64,000 bases of DNA from assembly GCA_002269645.1 (NCBI GenBank), contig NIVC01003259.1, positions 1 through 64,000 on the forward strand, given 5' to 3'. Of the stretch, positions 43,891 to 57,255 are shown piece by piece (within the stretch, counting starts at the first letter, position 1; each line of letters starts with the position of its first letter). The translations under genes were made by a program, and so were the position numbers. The stretch is from Macrostomum lignano. Its lineage: Eukaryota. Under the pieces are notes generated by a model, which was given only the letters and a program-made list of their open reading frames with translations, did not search any database and was not told the DNA's origin.

Positions 43891-44805
43891 ATGGAAGCTA
43901 TAGCCGAAAGACTAAACAACATTGTTTCACACTCTAAGGAGAGCATTCCTATTACAATAACTGGGCGAATTAATGACTCAAACGGGATATTTGTTGAAAA
44001 ATTAGAGCAGGCGATTCGCCTGGATCCAGGTGCTAATTACCATGTCTATCTTAACGACTTCACTGGTTGGTCAAACGTTGCCAATGTGATGGCAGCAAAT
44101 AATAAGTTTTATTACAAATGGAAAGGTGCAGCAGCAGACCCTGTGGTATTCCATGTGAGCACGCAAAGTGTGGATACCTACAATAACTTTCTAGAAAATG
44201 TCTTTACTAAAAGAGGCCATTTTGAGACACCTGATGCGAGTAAGCCAGAGAAGAAACTGTTCCCTGTCAAACTAACCTATGATCTCACTGTAATGAGAGT
44301 GGTCATGCAAGTTCACAAAGATGCGGAGGTTGAGTTTAAAGATGACACTTGGTATAGGGAACTGGGATTCGAGAAGAAAGTTTTTAAGGCAGAATCCGCG
44401 GCGCGGACGCAGCCCCATCTCCCACCTGATATCCGTATCCCCCAGCTTCATCCCCCACCCGCCACTCAAGCATCGGGGGCCGTTAGAATGGTCCGGGAAA
44501 GTGTAAGCGGTTTGTTCTCAGCACCCAATATTGCAGACATTGTAAAGGGTTTGAGTATTATAATCAGAAGTAATCTCAGTCTTGATTGGGTATTTAAGGG
44601 AAAGCGAACGAATATTTTGTACAACATCTCCAACTCTGTTGCTGGAGGACAGATGCTGGTAGAGAAACCAAATCCGGTGAAAAGAGTTGTATTGAGTAAT
44701 AAGGAGATTCACGAGATTGTGCTACAGTTTGAGACTGAAGATGGGGTGGGTGTTGATTTCAACGGTGAAGAGTTTGTATTGACGTTGATCATTGAGAGAA
44801 TGTGA
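43891..44805 (+). CDS. Polinton minor capsid protein (penton), type 2
   Basis: AIRLDPGANYHVYLNDFTGWSNVANV..NNKFYY; IIIRSNL..GKRTNILY..GQMLVEKP..EIHEIVLQFETEDG..VDFNGEEFVLTLIIE. Confidence 0.8.
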   Translation: MEAIAERLNNIVSHSKESIPITITGRINDSNGIFVEKLEQAIRLDPGANYHVYLNDFTGWSNVANVMAANNKFYYKWKGAAADPVVFHVSTQSVDTYNNFLENVFTKRGHFETPDASKPEKKLFPVKLTYDLTVMRVVMQVHKDAEVEFKDDTWYRELGFEKKVFKAESAARTQPHLPPDIRIPQLHPPPATQASGAVRMVRESVSGLFSAPNIADIVKGLSIIIRSNLSLDWVFKGKRTNILYNISNSVAGGQMLVEKPNPVKRVVLSNKEIHEIVLQFETEDGVGVDFNGEEFVLTLIIERM

Positions 44806-45078
44806 GAAAATGCGTTCCCTTTTAAGTATGCTTACCGAGAATAGAGTGGTATGAAGAGAACTTACTATGTGTACTCAAAATCTCTTACCCCATTCTGGCA
44901 GTATGAGGGCGTGGGCCTCGCGTGCGTGGGAGAGAGGGGAGTGTATGTGTGTGGGCGCAGCGCGCGTGGGGGAGAGAGATTTTCACATTAACTGAGCCCA
45001 GCCGAGGAAGAATTCCGTCTCAAGGGAAGGCCAGAATGCAAACGATTTCGGCCTCGCGCAAGGCCAAAATGAAAAGGG

Positions 45079-45183
45079 TTTTGGCCTTTTGGCCTTTTGG
45101 CCTTTTGGCCTTTTGGCCTTTTGGCCTTTTGGCCTTTTGGCCTTTTGGCCTTTTGGCCTTTTGGCCTTTTGGCCTTTTGGCCT
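45079..45183. repeat. (TTTTGGCC)n octamer array, ~13 copies
   Basis: Direct reading. Confidence 0.97.
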
Positions 45184-45192
45184 TTCGGTTTT

Positions 45193-45435
45193 TTAACGCA
45201 ATTGCTTTATGATTTCTGCAAAGTTATAGTAGCTGTCGTAATCTTTTACGTAGGTTACTCCATACTTATGAAACCAGTGTCTTTGGAGAGCTAGATTAAT
45301 ATTAGGGACATTGATATCAACGTCGGGCCAATATTTTCTCATGTACTCGCTGCATTCAAGTTTGCATCGGTACTTACTCTTGTAATTAGGCTCGTGCGCT
45401 TTGTAATAAGAACCTGGAGAGACAACTAGAAACAT
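45193..45435 (-). CDS. Small hypothetical protein (80 aa)
   Basis: ATG preceded by an A-rich context; non-repetitive composition; no recognised motif. Confidence 0.3.
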   Translation of the reverse strand: MFLVVSPGSYYKAHEPNYKSKYRCKLECSEYMRKYWPDVDINVPNINLALQRHWFHKYGVTYVKDYDSYYNFAEIIKQLR

Positions 45436-45599
45436 TTTTTATTGAGAATTTAATTCTTTTTTAAAAGGGTAAGGACCCTGGGTTAGGGGATTTAATGTTT
45501 TTGGGATCTGGTAGCACGTTGCGGATTGAATGTGGGGAGAAGAATGCAGATTGTTTTCTGATTGTTTCGAAGATGCTATGGGTGGATGTCAGTGGATGA

Positions 45600-45905
45600 T
45601 GTAGGACACTTGTTATGCTCTGATTCTGTCAGGGAGGAAGGAGGATAGGTTAGGAGGATTATGGATGACGTTTTCGGAGCAAGTTTTTCTGATTCTGTCA
45701 GGGATAATATGGATGGATTTAGGAGGATTATGTTCGAAGTTTTCGGAGCAAGTAGGACACCTGTTATGCTCTGATTCTGTCGGGGATAATATGGATGGAC
45801 TTAATGGGATTATGGAGGACGTTTTGTGAGCGAGTGCGACCCCCCTTTTTTCTGATTCTGTCGGGGATAATATGGATGGATTTAATGGGATTATGGAGGA
45901 TGTGA
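45600..45905. repeat. Degenerate minisatellite (CTGATTCTGTC.GGGA..TATGGATG units, ~70-80 bp)
   Basis: Anchor motif at ~45620, 45689, 45771, 45851. Confidence 0.75.
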
Positions 45906-47494
45906 AAAATTTTGTCCCAAAAGCCCCCTCATGCCTTCTACTACCATGACACTTTACCGCCATTCTGACACTTTACCGCCTATGAACAACAACGAGCACA
46001 AAATCGCACTAACGGCAGAAAGCTTGAACAGCATGACAACCATCCGACCTCGCCAAAATTATATGGGAATGGCCTATACCTTACAATCGACAGCCACAGC
46101 TGACCTCCTTGTTCGAACGGGCCCGACACGACGCCATGATGACAACTGCCATACCCCCAGAGGAGATCTATCTAAATCTACTCCACGAAACAACGCCGGG
46201 GAGTACACCACAGTTCAACATATCATCTGGCCCATCGCACTATTAACGGCGAGCATCAACAAATACTTTATTACGACGTTAATTGATCCTTTTGCTTCCT
46301 GTTACTAACCATTTAACACTTAACATTGCTTAATTGACCGAATTTACGCAATGATAGATACTAAACTGCACTCTCAACCAATTATGGCCACACAGAGCAA
46401 ACCCTTGTTCCCCCACACCTATCACAAACATAACCCCGCTGTAAATTCGGGACGAATTTCTCGTAACCAAGGGAGATATTGTAGAGATCTCCAAATACGG
46501 TACAAAGTAAACTACTATAAGTAGTAACGTAAAAACGTGAAAACTCAAAAGCTAAAAACTGCAAATTGTCACACTTTATTTTTAAGACCACGAAAGCAAC
46601 AAATGACCATCTTTTGCAACATTTAAATTTAGAACTCCGAATATGGTATTCAAGTTCAAACCTAATGTATTCTATAGGGGTCAAATTTTCAAAACGCTAA
46701 ACTGTCACCTACTAAAAATAATCTGTTTTCAAGAAGTTTCCCTATAAATTCAAGCCAAAATCCGAGCTAAAAATCTCAGACTCGGAGCAGCCTCAAAACA
46801 TCTTGGGCTTACTGCAGAAGCTACTCGAGGCTACATCTCTGAGTAAGAAGTAAACCAATTGGTGAGCTCTTGTTCGAGCCTTTGTTATTGAATTGATTTG
46901 AGAGCGATTTTACTGCCGGCCGTTATTTATCAGTTGATTTAACTGAGTTCATTGAATTTGAGGCCTCCCATTTTCCTAAGGGATTGGATAGGATCTGCGG
47001 ACCGATTCCGATACCCTTAGAGGATTATCGAGTTGATTAATTTTGGTTATCCTAGATTAACCGATAGGAGCACACGAATCCGATTCCGTTATTGCTAGAA
47101 GAAGACGCCCTTCTTGGAGGACCTCGTGATTATTACAGAAAGTTTATTTGTTATAAGGGCGCATCGTTGATATTGATTACTGAGCTTAAGGCCTAAATTG
47201 ATTTTGCATTCGAGAAATACTGCGACGTCGCCTGATCTGATTGTCACGCTCTCATTCGGCCGATTCTAGACTTCAAGAAGATTCCTCCGGAGAAGAAGAT
47301 TTGAAGAAGCGAATTAACAAACGTGCACAACAAAGAAGATACAAGGAACAAGATCGGAGAACCTGCCCGACAAAGAAGAGGAGCCCGCCACAGTAAGTGA
47401 TCACTTGATTTTGTTCCCAGGCTTAAGTGTCTGGAAGTGGGAGTTTTCGGGTGACTGATCACCTCCCGAATCAGCTCCTCACTTAAGCTACTCA

Positions 47495-50400
47495 CTAAAT
47501 TCCAAACATTGGTTGCTCCCAAACATTGGTTGATCCCCAACATTGTTGAATCCCAAACATTGGTGGATCCCGAGAATTCTTGAATCGAAAATATCCTTCA
47601 TCCCAAAAATTGGTTGATCAAAGACGTTGGTGGATTCTAAACATTGGTAAATCCGTAACATTGTTAAAACCGAAACAGTGGTTGCTCCTAAATATTGGTG
47701 AATCCCAAACATTGTTGGAACCCAAACATTGGTGAATCCCAAACATTGTTGGAACCCAAACATTGGTGAATCCCAAACATTGTTGGAACCCAAACATTGG
47801 TGAATCCCAAACATTGTTGGAACCCAAACATTGGTGAATTCCAAACATTGGTGAATCCTAAACATTGGTGGATCCCAAACATCGGTGGATTTTAATTATT
47901 GGTAAACCAAACATTGGTAAATCTCAAACATTGGTGGAACCTAAACATTGGTGAAACCAAAACATTATTGGATGCTAAACACTGGTTGATCCATTATACT
48001 TGTGGATCATAAAACATTGGTTTTCCCAACATTAGGTTATCCAAAACATTGGTGGATCCCATAATTGGTGAATCCCAAACATTGGTGGATCCTAAACATT
48101 GGTTGACCCCAAACATTGGAAAATGCCAAACATCGGTATATCCAAAACATTGATTGATCCCTAACATTGTTGAATCCCAAACATTGGTGGATTCCAAACA
48201 TTGGTGAATCCCAAACATTGGTGAATCCCAAACGTTGGTGCAACCCAAACATTACTGGATCCTAAACGTAGGAAAGTCCAAAACATCGGTATATCCAAAA
48301 TATTGGTTGATCCCCAACATTGTTGAATCCCAAACATTGGTAAATCCCAAACATTGGTTGATCCCCAACATTGTTGAATCCCAAACATTGGTGGATCCAA
48401 AAAAATAGTTGATCTTAAACGTTGGTTGAACCAAAACATTGGTGGATCCTAAACATTGGTGGAACCCAAACATTGCTGAATATTAAACATTGGTTGAACC
48501 CAAAGATTGGTAAATCCCAAACATTGGTGAATCCCAAACATTGGTGAATAACAAACATTGGTGGATCCCATACATTGGTGGATCCCAAACATTGGTGAAT
48601 CCTAAAAATTGGTGGATCCCAAACATTGGTGAATCCCAAACATTGGTGGAACCCAAACATTGGTGAAACCAAAACATTAGTGAAACCAAAACATTGGTGA
48701 ATCCCAAACATTGCTGGAACCCAAACATTGGTGGAACCCAAACATAGGTGAATCCCAAACATTGGTGGATCCTAAACATTGGTGGAACCCAAACATCCGT
48801 GGATCCCAAACATTGGTTAATCCTAAACATTGGTGCAACCCAAACATTACTGGATCCCAAACATTGGTGAATCCCAAACATTGGTTAATCCCAAACATTG
48901 GTGGAACCCAAACATTGCTGGATCGCAAACATTGGTGAATCCCAAACATTGCTGGATCCTAAACATTGGTGGAACCCAAACATTGGTGGATACCAAACAT
49001 TGGGGCATCCTAAACATTGGTGGATCCCAAACATTGGTGGATCCCAAACATTGGTGAATCCCAAACATTGGTGGAACCCAAACATTGGTGAAACCAAAAC
49101 ATTAGTGAAACCAAAACATTGGTGAATGCCAAACACTGGTTGATCCTAATTATTAATCGATCATAAACATTGGTTTCCACAAAATTAGGTTATCAAAAAC
49201 ATTAGTTAATCCTAAACATTGGTAAATCTCCAACATTGGTGGAACCCAAACATTGGAAAATCCCAAACATTGGTAGATCCAAAACATTGGTGAATCCCAA
49301 ACATTGGTGAATCCAAAAAATTGGTGGAACCCAAACATTGCTGGATCGCAAACATTGGTGAATCCCTAACATTGGTGGATCCTAAACATTGCTGGATCCT
49401 AAACATTGGTGGAACCCAAACATTGCTGGATCGCAAACATTGGTGAATCCCAAACATTGGTGGATCCTAAACATAGGTGGAACCAAAACATCCGTGGATC
49501 CCAAACATTGGTTAATCCTAAACATTGGTGCAACCCAAACATTACTGGATCCCAAACATTGGTGAATCCCAAACATTGGTGGATCCTAAACATAGGTGGA
49601 ACCCAAACATTGGTGAATCCCTAACATTGGTGGATCCTAAACATTGGTGGAACCCAAACATCCGTGGATCCCAAACATTGGTTAATTCCAAACATTGGTG
49701 AATCCAAAAAATTGGTGAATCCTAAACATTGGTGCAACCCAAACATTACTGGATCCCAAACATTGGTGAATCCCAAACATTGGTGGATCCTAAACATTGG
49801 TGGAACCCAAACATTGGTGAATCCCTAACATTGGTGGATCCTAAACATTGGTGGAACCCAAACATCCGTGGATCCCAAACATTGGTTAATTCCAAACATT
49901 GGTGCAACCCAAACATTACTTGATACCAAACATTGGTGAATCCAAAAAATTGGTGAATCCCAAACATTACTGGATACCAAACATTGGGGGATCCTAAACA
50001 TTGGTGGATCCTAAAAATTGGTGGATCCCAAACATTGGTGAATCCCAAACATTGGTGGAACCCAAACATTGGTGAAACCAAAACATTAGTGAAACCCAAA
50101 CATTGGTGAATCCCTAACATTGGTGGATCCTAAACATTGGTGGAACCCAAACATCCGTGGATCCCAAACATTGGTTAATTCCAAACATTGGTGAATCCCA
50201 AACATTGGTTAATCCTAAACATTGGTGCAACCCAAACATTACTGGATCCCAAACATTGGTGAATCCCAAACATTGGTGGATCCTAAACATTGGTGGAACC
50301 CAAACATTGGTGAATCCCTAACATTGGTGGATCCTAAACATTGGTGGAACCCAAACATCCGTGGATCCCAAACATTGGTTAATTCCAAACATTGGTGAAT

Positions 50401-53400
50401 CCCAAACATTGGTTAATCCTAAACATTGGTGCAACCCAAACATTACTGGATCCCATACATTGGTGGATCCCAAACATTGGTGAATCCTAAAAATTGGTGG
50501 ATCCCAAACATTGGTGAATCCCAAACATTGGTGGAACCCAAACATTGGTGAAACCAAAACATTAGTGAAACCAAAACATTGGTGAATCCCAAACATTGCT
50601 GGAACCCAAACATTGGTGGAACCCAAACATAGGTGAATCCCAAACATTGGTGGATCCTAAACATTGGTGGAACCCAAACATCCGTGGATCCCAAACATTG
50701 GTTAATCCTAAACATTGGTGCAACCCAAACATTACTGGATCCCAAACATTGGTGAATCCCAAACATTGGTTAATCCCAAACATTGGTGGAACCCAAACAT
50801 TGCTGGATCGCAAACATTGGTGAATCCCAAACATTGCTGGATCCTAAACATTGGTGGAACCCAAACATTGGTGGATACCAAACATTGGGGCATCCTAAAC
50901 ATTGGTGGATCCCAAACATTGGTGGATCCCAAACATTGGTGAATCCCAAACATTGGTGGAACCCAAACATTGGTGAAACCAAAACATTAGTGAAACCAAA
51001 ACATTGGTGAATGCCAAACACTGGTTGATCCTAATTATTAATCGATCATAAACATTGGTTTCCACAAAATTAGGTTATCAAAAACATTAGTTAATCCTAA
51101 ACATTGGTAAATCTCCAACATTGGTGGAACCCAAACATTGGAAAATCCCAAACATTGGTAGATCCAAAACATTGGTGAATCCCAAACATTGGTGAATCCA
51201 AAAAATTGGTGGAACCCAAACATTGCTGGATCGCAAACATTGGTGAATCCCTAACATTGGTGGATCCTAAACATTGCTGGATCCTAAACATTGGTGGAAC
51301 CCAAACATTGCTGGATCGCAAACATTGGTGAATCCCAAACATTGGTGGATCCTAAACATAGGTGGAACCAAAACATCCGTGGATCCCAAACATTGGTTAA
51401 TCCTAAACATTGGTGCAACCCAAACATTACTGGATCCCAAACATTGGTGAATCCCAAACATTGGTGGATCCTAAACATTGGTGGAACCCAAACATTGGTG
51501 AATCCCTAACATTGGTGGATCCTAAACATTGGTGGAACCCAAACATCCGTGGATCCCAAACATTGGTTAATTCCAAACATTGGTGAATCCCAAACATTGG
51601 TTAATCCTAAACATTGGTGCAACCCAAACATTACTGGATCCCAAACATTGGTGAATCCCAAACATTGGTGGATCCTAAACATTGGTGGAACCCAAACATT
51701 GGTGAATCCCTAACATTGGTGGATCCTAAACATTGGTGGAACCCAAACATCCGTGGATCCCAAACATTGGTTAATTCCAAACATTGGTGCAACCCAAACA
51801 TTACTTGATACCAAACATTGGTGAATCCAAAAAATTGGTGAATCCCAAACATTACTGGATACCAAACATTGGGGGATCCTAAACATTGGTGGATCCTAAA
51901 AATTGGTGGATCCCAAACATTGGTGAATCCCAAACATTGGTGGAACCCAAACATTGGTGAAACCAAAACATTAGTGAAACCAAAACATTAGTGAATGCCA
52001 AACACTGGTTGATCCTAATTATTAATCGATCATAAACATTGGTGGAACCCAAACATTGCTGGATCGCAAACATTGGTGAATCCCAAACATTAGTGGATCC
52101 TAAACATTGGTGGAACCCAAACATCCGTGGATCCCAAACATTGGTTAATCCTAAACATTGGTGCAACCCAAACATTGCTGGATCCCAAACATTGGTGGAA
52201 CCCAAACATTGGTGAAACCAAAACATTAGTGAAACCAAAACATTGGTGAATGCCAAACACTGGTTGATCCTAATTATTAATCGATCATAAACATTGGTTT
52301 CCACAAAATTAGGTTATCAAAAACATTAGTTAATCCTAAACATTGGTAAATCTCCAACATTGGTGGAACCCAAACATTGGTGGATCCAAAAAATTAGTTG
52401 ATCTTAAACGTTGGTTGAACCAAAACATTGGTGGATCCTAAACATTGGTGGAACCCAAACATTGCTGGATCCCAAACATTGGTGGAACCCAAACATTGGT
52501 GAAACCAAAACATTAGTGAAACCAAAACATTGGTGAATGCCAAACACTGGTTGATCCTAATTATTAATCGATCATAAACATTGGTTTCCACAAAATTAGG
52601 TTATCAAAAACATTAGTTAATCCTAAACATTGGTAAATCTCCAACATTGGTGGAACCCAAACATTGGAAAATCCCAAACATTGGTAGATCCAAAACATTG
52701 GTGAATCCCAAACATTGGTGAATCCAAAAAATTGGTGGAACCAAAACATTGCTGGATCGCAAACATTGGTGAATCCCAAACATTGGTGAATCCCAAACAT
52801 TGGTAAATTCAAAAAATTGGTGAATCCCAAACATTGGTGGATCTCAAACATTGGGGGATCCTAAACATTGGTGGATCCTAAACATTGGTGAATCCCAAAC
52901 ATTGGTGGATCCTAAACATTGGTGGAACCCAAACATTGGTGAATCCCTAACATTGGTGGATCCTAAACATTGGTGGAACCCAAACATTGGTGAAACCAAA
53001 ACATTAGTGAAACCAAAACATTGGTGAATCCCAAACATTGCTGGATCCTAAACATTGGTGGAACCCAAACATTGCTGGATCGCAAACATTGGTGAATCCC
53101 AAACATTGGTGGATCCTAAACATTGGTGGAACCCAAACATTACTGGATCCCAAACATTGATGAATCCCAAACATTGGTGGAACCCAAACATTGCTGGATC
53201 GCAAACATTGGTGAATTCCAAACATTGCTGTATCCTAAACATTGGTGGAACCCAAACATTGCTGGATCGCAAACATTGGTGAATCCCAAACATTGGTGGA
53301 TCCTAAACATTGGTGGAACCCAAACATCCGTGGTTCCCAAACATTGGTTAATCCTAAACATTGGTGCAACCCAAACATTACTGGATCCCAAACATTGGTG

Positions 53401-54407
53401 AATCCCAAACATTGGTGGAACCCAAACATTGCTGGATCGCAAACATTGGTGAATCCCAAACATTGGTGGATCCTAAACATTGGTGGAACCCAAACATTAC
53501 TGGATCCCAAACATTGGTGAATCCCAAACATTGGTGAATCTAAAAAATTGGTGAATCCCAAACATTGGTGGATCCCAAACATTGGTGAATCCCAAACAAT
53601 GGTAAATCCAAAAAATTGGTGAATCCCAAACATTGGTGAATCTCAAAAATTGGTGAATCCCAAACATTGGTGAATCCAAAAATTGGTGAATCCCAAACAT
53701 TGGTGGATCTCAAACATTGGGGGATCCTAAACATTGGTGGATCATAAACATTGGTGGATCCCAAACGTTGGTGAATCCCAAACATTGGTGGATCCCAAAC
53801 ATTGGTGGATCCTAAACATTGGTGGATCCCAAACATTGGTGAATCCCAAACATTGGTGGATCCTAAACATTGGTGGAACCCAAACATTGGTGGATCCCAA
53901 ACATTGGTTAATTCCAAACATTGGTGCAACCCAAACATTGGTGAATCCCAAACATTGGTGAATCCCAAACATTGGTGAATCCCAAACATTGGTGAATCCA
54001 AAAAATTGGTGAATCCCAAACATTAGTGAATCCCAAACATTGGTGAATCCAAAAAATTGGTGAATCCCAAACATTGGTGGATCCCAAACATTGGTGGATC
54101 CTAAACATTGGTGGATCCCAAACATTGGTGAATCCCAAACATTGGTGGATCCTAAACATTGGTGAATCCCAAACATTGGTGGATCCCAAACATTGGTTAA
54201 TTCTAAACATTGGTGCAACCCAAACATTACTGGATCCCAAACATTGGTGAATCCCAAACATTGGTGAATCCAAAAAATTGGTGAATCCCAAACATTGGTG
54301 AAACCAAAACATTAGTAAAACCAAAACATTGGTGAATGCCAAACACTGGTTGATCCTAATTATTGGTCGATCATAAACATTGGTTTCCTCAACATTAGGT
54401 TATCAAA
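47495..54407. repeat. Satellite array, 17-bp monomer CC(C/T)AAACATTGGTG(G/A)A(T/A), ~6.9 kb, with a 1885-bp higher-order duplication
   Basis: Monomer read directly. Identical ORF translations and marker blocks are offset by exactly 1885 bp (e.g. 49128/51013, 48677/50562, 49729/51614). Confidence 0.98.
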
Positions 54408-56546
54408 TGTAATATTTTATTCCTTGCCTTAGAGGCAGTCTGAACTGTTAGCAATCGTGACAAATAATTAGCTGAATCATCGTATTGATTTAATGTACGT
54501 TCGCTCTCTATGTACATCGCAGGCTTAACTTCAAATTGCATAAATAAAGCGATCACGTCTTCACGGGGCTTTCGTGTTTTTGGTGCTGCCAAATACCGCG
54601 TGTTACAAGTGGTAGCAGAGCGTACTATGGCAGAGGGCGGCAGTCACCGTGCGATTCCTAGGGCGTTCAGCTCAGGCAACTTTAAGGAGTGGCTCCAGCG
54701 GTTTGAGTTGTGCGCGGCAGCCAACAAGTGGGTAAATGACAAGCATGTGCACCTGCCAACGTTTTTGGATGGTGAGGCTCTGGCTGTTTTTCTTGAGCTC
54801 GACGAGAATAGCAAGAGCGACTACAGCAAAGTGACCAAAGCTCTGAGCCAGGCATTTCACCCGGACAGCCAGCAATTCTCAGCGCTGGATGCATTCGAGA
54901 GCCGGAAGCTGCTGCCGGGCGAATCTCCTCGGCTCTTTCTCTATCACCTGAAGCAGCTGCTAAAGGACGCGGGCATCAGCGAGGCAGGCGCAACGGCCAC
55001 CATGCTGACTCACCAGTTCATCCGCGGACTGCCGGTGGACATCAGCAAGCAGATCAGAGCGGACGCGTCAGCCAAGACCGTGAGTGACGCTCTCGCACGG
55101 GCACAACTGCTACTGGAGCTGCCTTCTGCCACCACGGACGGATTCAAGCAGCCTCTTGCAGCGGCAGCCGGAGCTGCAGGCAGCGCGGAGACGGCAGAAC
55201 TGAGGGCTGCGGTCAGCTCGCTGCAGGCGACGGTCCAAGACCTGGCGTCGAAGCTGGGCTCAGAGGTTTCGGACTCCTGCGCGATTCGCGGTGCGTGGAG
55301 ACAGCGCGAGGTGACCTGCTGGAACTGCCACCGCCGCGGCCACATCGCCAGGAACTGTAATCAGCCGTCGGGAAACGGCACAGGCCGGGGCAGAGCCCGC
55401 ACCCCTGGCCAGTTCTGAGCGCGGGCCCCAGCGTGAGTGGGTTGTTCCTGGGCGCAGAGGGGAGCGGTGCAGCCAGCAGCAGCGCAGCGGCAGTCGTCAT
55501 CAGGCCGAACTCGGCGACATCCAAGCTGCAGTGCAGGATCGGAGGCGCGGACGTCACGGCGCTTATCGACTCAGGCAGCCAGGTGTCAATCGTGGACAAG
55601 CGGGTCCTGCAGAGCATGCGGCCAGCTCAGCTGGAGAGCGTGCACCTGGAGCTGCGGGCAGTCAACCAGCAAGCGGTGCCGGTGCGGCAGGTGGCCAGCC
55701 TGGCAGTGTCGCTCGGCGGCATCGAGCGGCGGCACCCGTTTTACGTGTCTGAAGGTCTGGTTGCTGCCGTCATCATCGGGCTGGACTTCATCAAGGCCTG
55801 CAACATGTGCCTGGACTTCAGCGACAGTGCAGCAGAGACCCCATCAAAGGACTCTTGTGTGATCAACGGCGTGAGTCACCTCGATGCTGACAGTCAGCTC
55901 GAGGAAATTGAAGAGAAGCTGGTGCCGGATTTCACCAAGGAGGAGATCGACCTGCCAGTCGCGGAGGACCCGGACATCCGAGCTTTGGTGCGCGAGTTCA
56001 GCGACATTTTCACCAGGCGGCCAGGGCTGACGGATCGACACGAGCACAGCATCCCGCTGACTGACGATGTTCCGGTGCGGATCCCGCCGAGGAAGCTGCC
56101 GGTGCACTGGGAGCCCGAGGTGAGGAAGCTGATTCAGGAGCTGCTGGACAATGACGTCATCGAGGAGTCGGACAGCCCGTACGTGGCGACCCCAGTGTAC
56201 GTGCGGAAGAAGAACGGTGACCTGCGGTTGACGATCGATTACCGCGAGCTGAACAAGAAGACGGTGCGGTCAGCGCAGGGGATTCCGCAGATGGACTTCG
56301 TCAAGGACAAGTTGGCTGGCAACGAGATTTTCTCGGTGATCGACCTGAACGGCGGCTACTTCCAAATTCCGATGAAGCCGGAAGACAAGCAGAAGACGGC
56401 CTTCAGCCCAGGGCCCGGAATGCCGCTGTACCAGTTCAAGCGGATGCCGCAGGGCGTCTGTGGCGGCCCGAGCTCGTTCACCATCCTAATGAACCGCGTG
56501 TTCAAAGGCGCCGCGCAGACCTTCACCTACATGGACGACACGCTGT
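54408..56546 (+). mobile_element. Ty3/Gypsy element 2, 5' half only (LTR-PBS-gag-PR-RT to YMDD)
   Basis: Putative LTR 54408-54607 (TGTAA..TTACA, AATAAA); PBS TGGTAGCAGAG 54610-20 (initiator-tRNA-Met-like); gag ATG 54627-55418 with CWNCHRRGHIARNC; pol in the -1 frame with IDSGS, IDLNGGYFQI, YMDD. Confidence 0.92.
55370..55426 (+). promoter_or_regulatory. Predicted -1 ribosomal frameshift signal (GGGAAAC + H-type pseudoknot)
   Basis: G_GGA_AAC at 55370-76 in gag phase; 6-nt spacer; stem 1 55383-90/55403-10; stem 2 GCCCGC 55395-400 / GCGGGC 55421-26; the -1 frame is open into pol. Confidence 0.75.
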
Positions 56547-57255
56547 GTCAGCGAGCGGCAGCAGCAGCAGCCTCCTAGCATCAGCGAGCAGCAGCAGCAG
56601 CCTCCAGGCATCGGCGAGCAGCAACAGCAGCCTCTTAGCATCAGCGAGCAGCAGCAGCAGCCTCCTAGCATCAGCGAGCAGCAGCAGCAGCCTCCAGGCA
56701 TCGGCGAGCAGCAACAGCAGCCTCTTAGCATCAGCGAGCAGCAGCAGCAGCCTCTTAGCATCAGCGAGCAGCAACAGCAGCCTCTTAGCATCAGCGAGCA
56801 GCAACAGCAGCCTCTTAGCATCAGCGAGCAGCAGCAGCAGCCTCTTAGCATCAGCGAGCAGCAGCAGCAGCCTCCAGGCATCGGCGAGCAGCAGCAGCAG
56901 CCTCCCAGCATCAGCAAGCAGCAACAGCAGCCTCTTAGCATCAGCGAGCAGCAGCAGCAGCCTCCAGGCATCGGCGAGCAGCCTCCTAGCATCAGCGAGC
57001 AGCAACAGCAGCCTCTTAGCATCAGCGAGCAGCAGCAGCAGCCTCCAGGCATCGGCGAGCAGCCTCCTAGCATCAGCGAGCAGCAGCAGCAGCCTCCAGG
57101 CATCGGCGAGCAGCCTCCTAGCATCAGCGAGCAGCAGCAGCAGCCTCCAGGCATCGGCGAGCAGCAACAGCAGCCTCCCAGCATCAGCAAGCAGCAACAG
57201 CAGCCTCTTAGCATCTGCGAGCAGCAGCAGCAGCCTCCAGGCATCGGCGAGCAGC
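56547..57255 (+). repeat. 30-bp (and 21-bp variant) minisatellite GCATC(A/G)GCGAGCAGCA(G/A)CAGCAGCCTC..
   Basis: Direct reading; ~24 units. Confidence 0.97.

Noticed and set aside
45079-45183. Interstitial telomere
   Set aside because: TTTTGGCC lacks the G-run of known telomeric repeats I recognise; kept only as an element-linked array.
45920-47480. Possible decayed coding remnants (e.g. the basic stretch DLKKRINKRAQQRRY near 47300)
   Set aside because: Short, stop-ridden frames with no motif I could identify confidently.
47495-54407. CRISPR-like array or repetitive protein (dozens of MFGIHQCLG.. ORFs)
   Set aside because: Monomers abut with no unique spacers, there are no cas genes, and ORFs appear in all frames and break frequently: a satellite.
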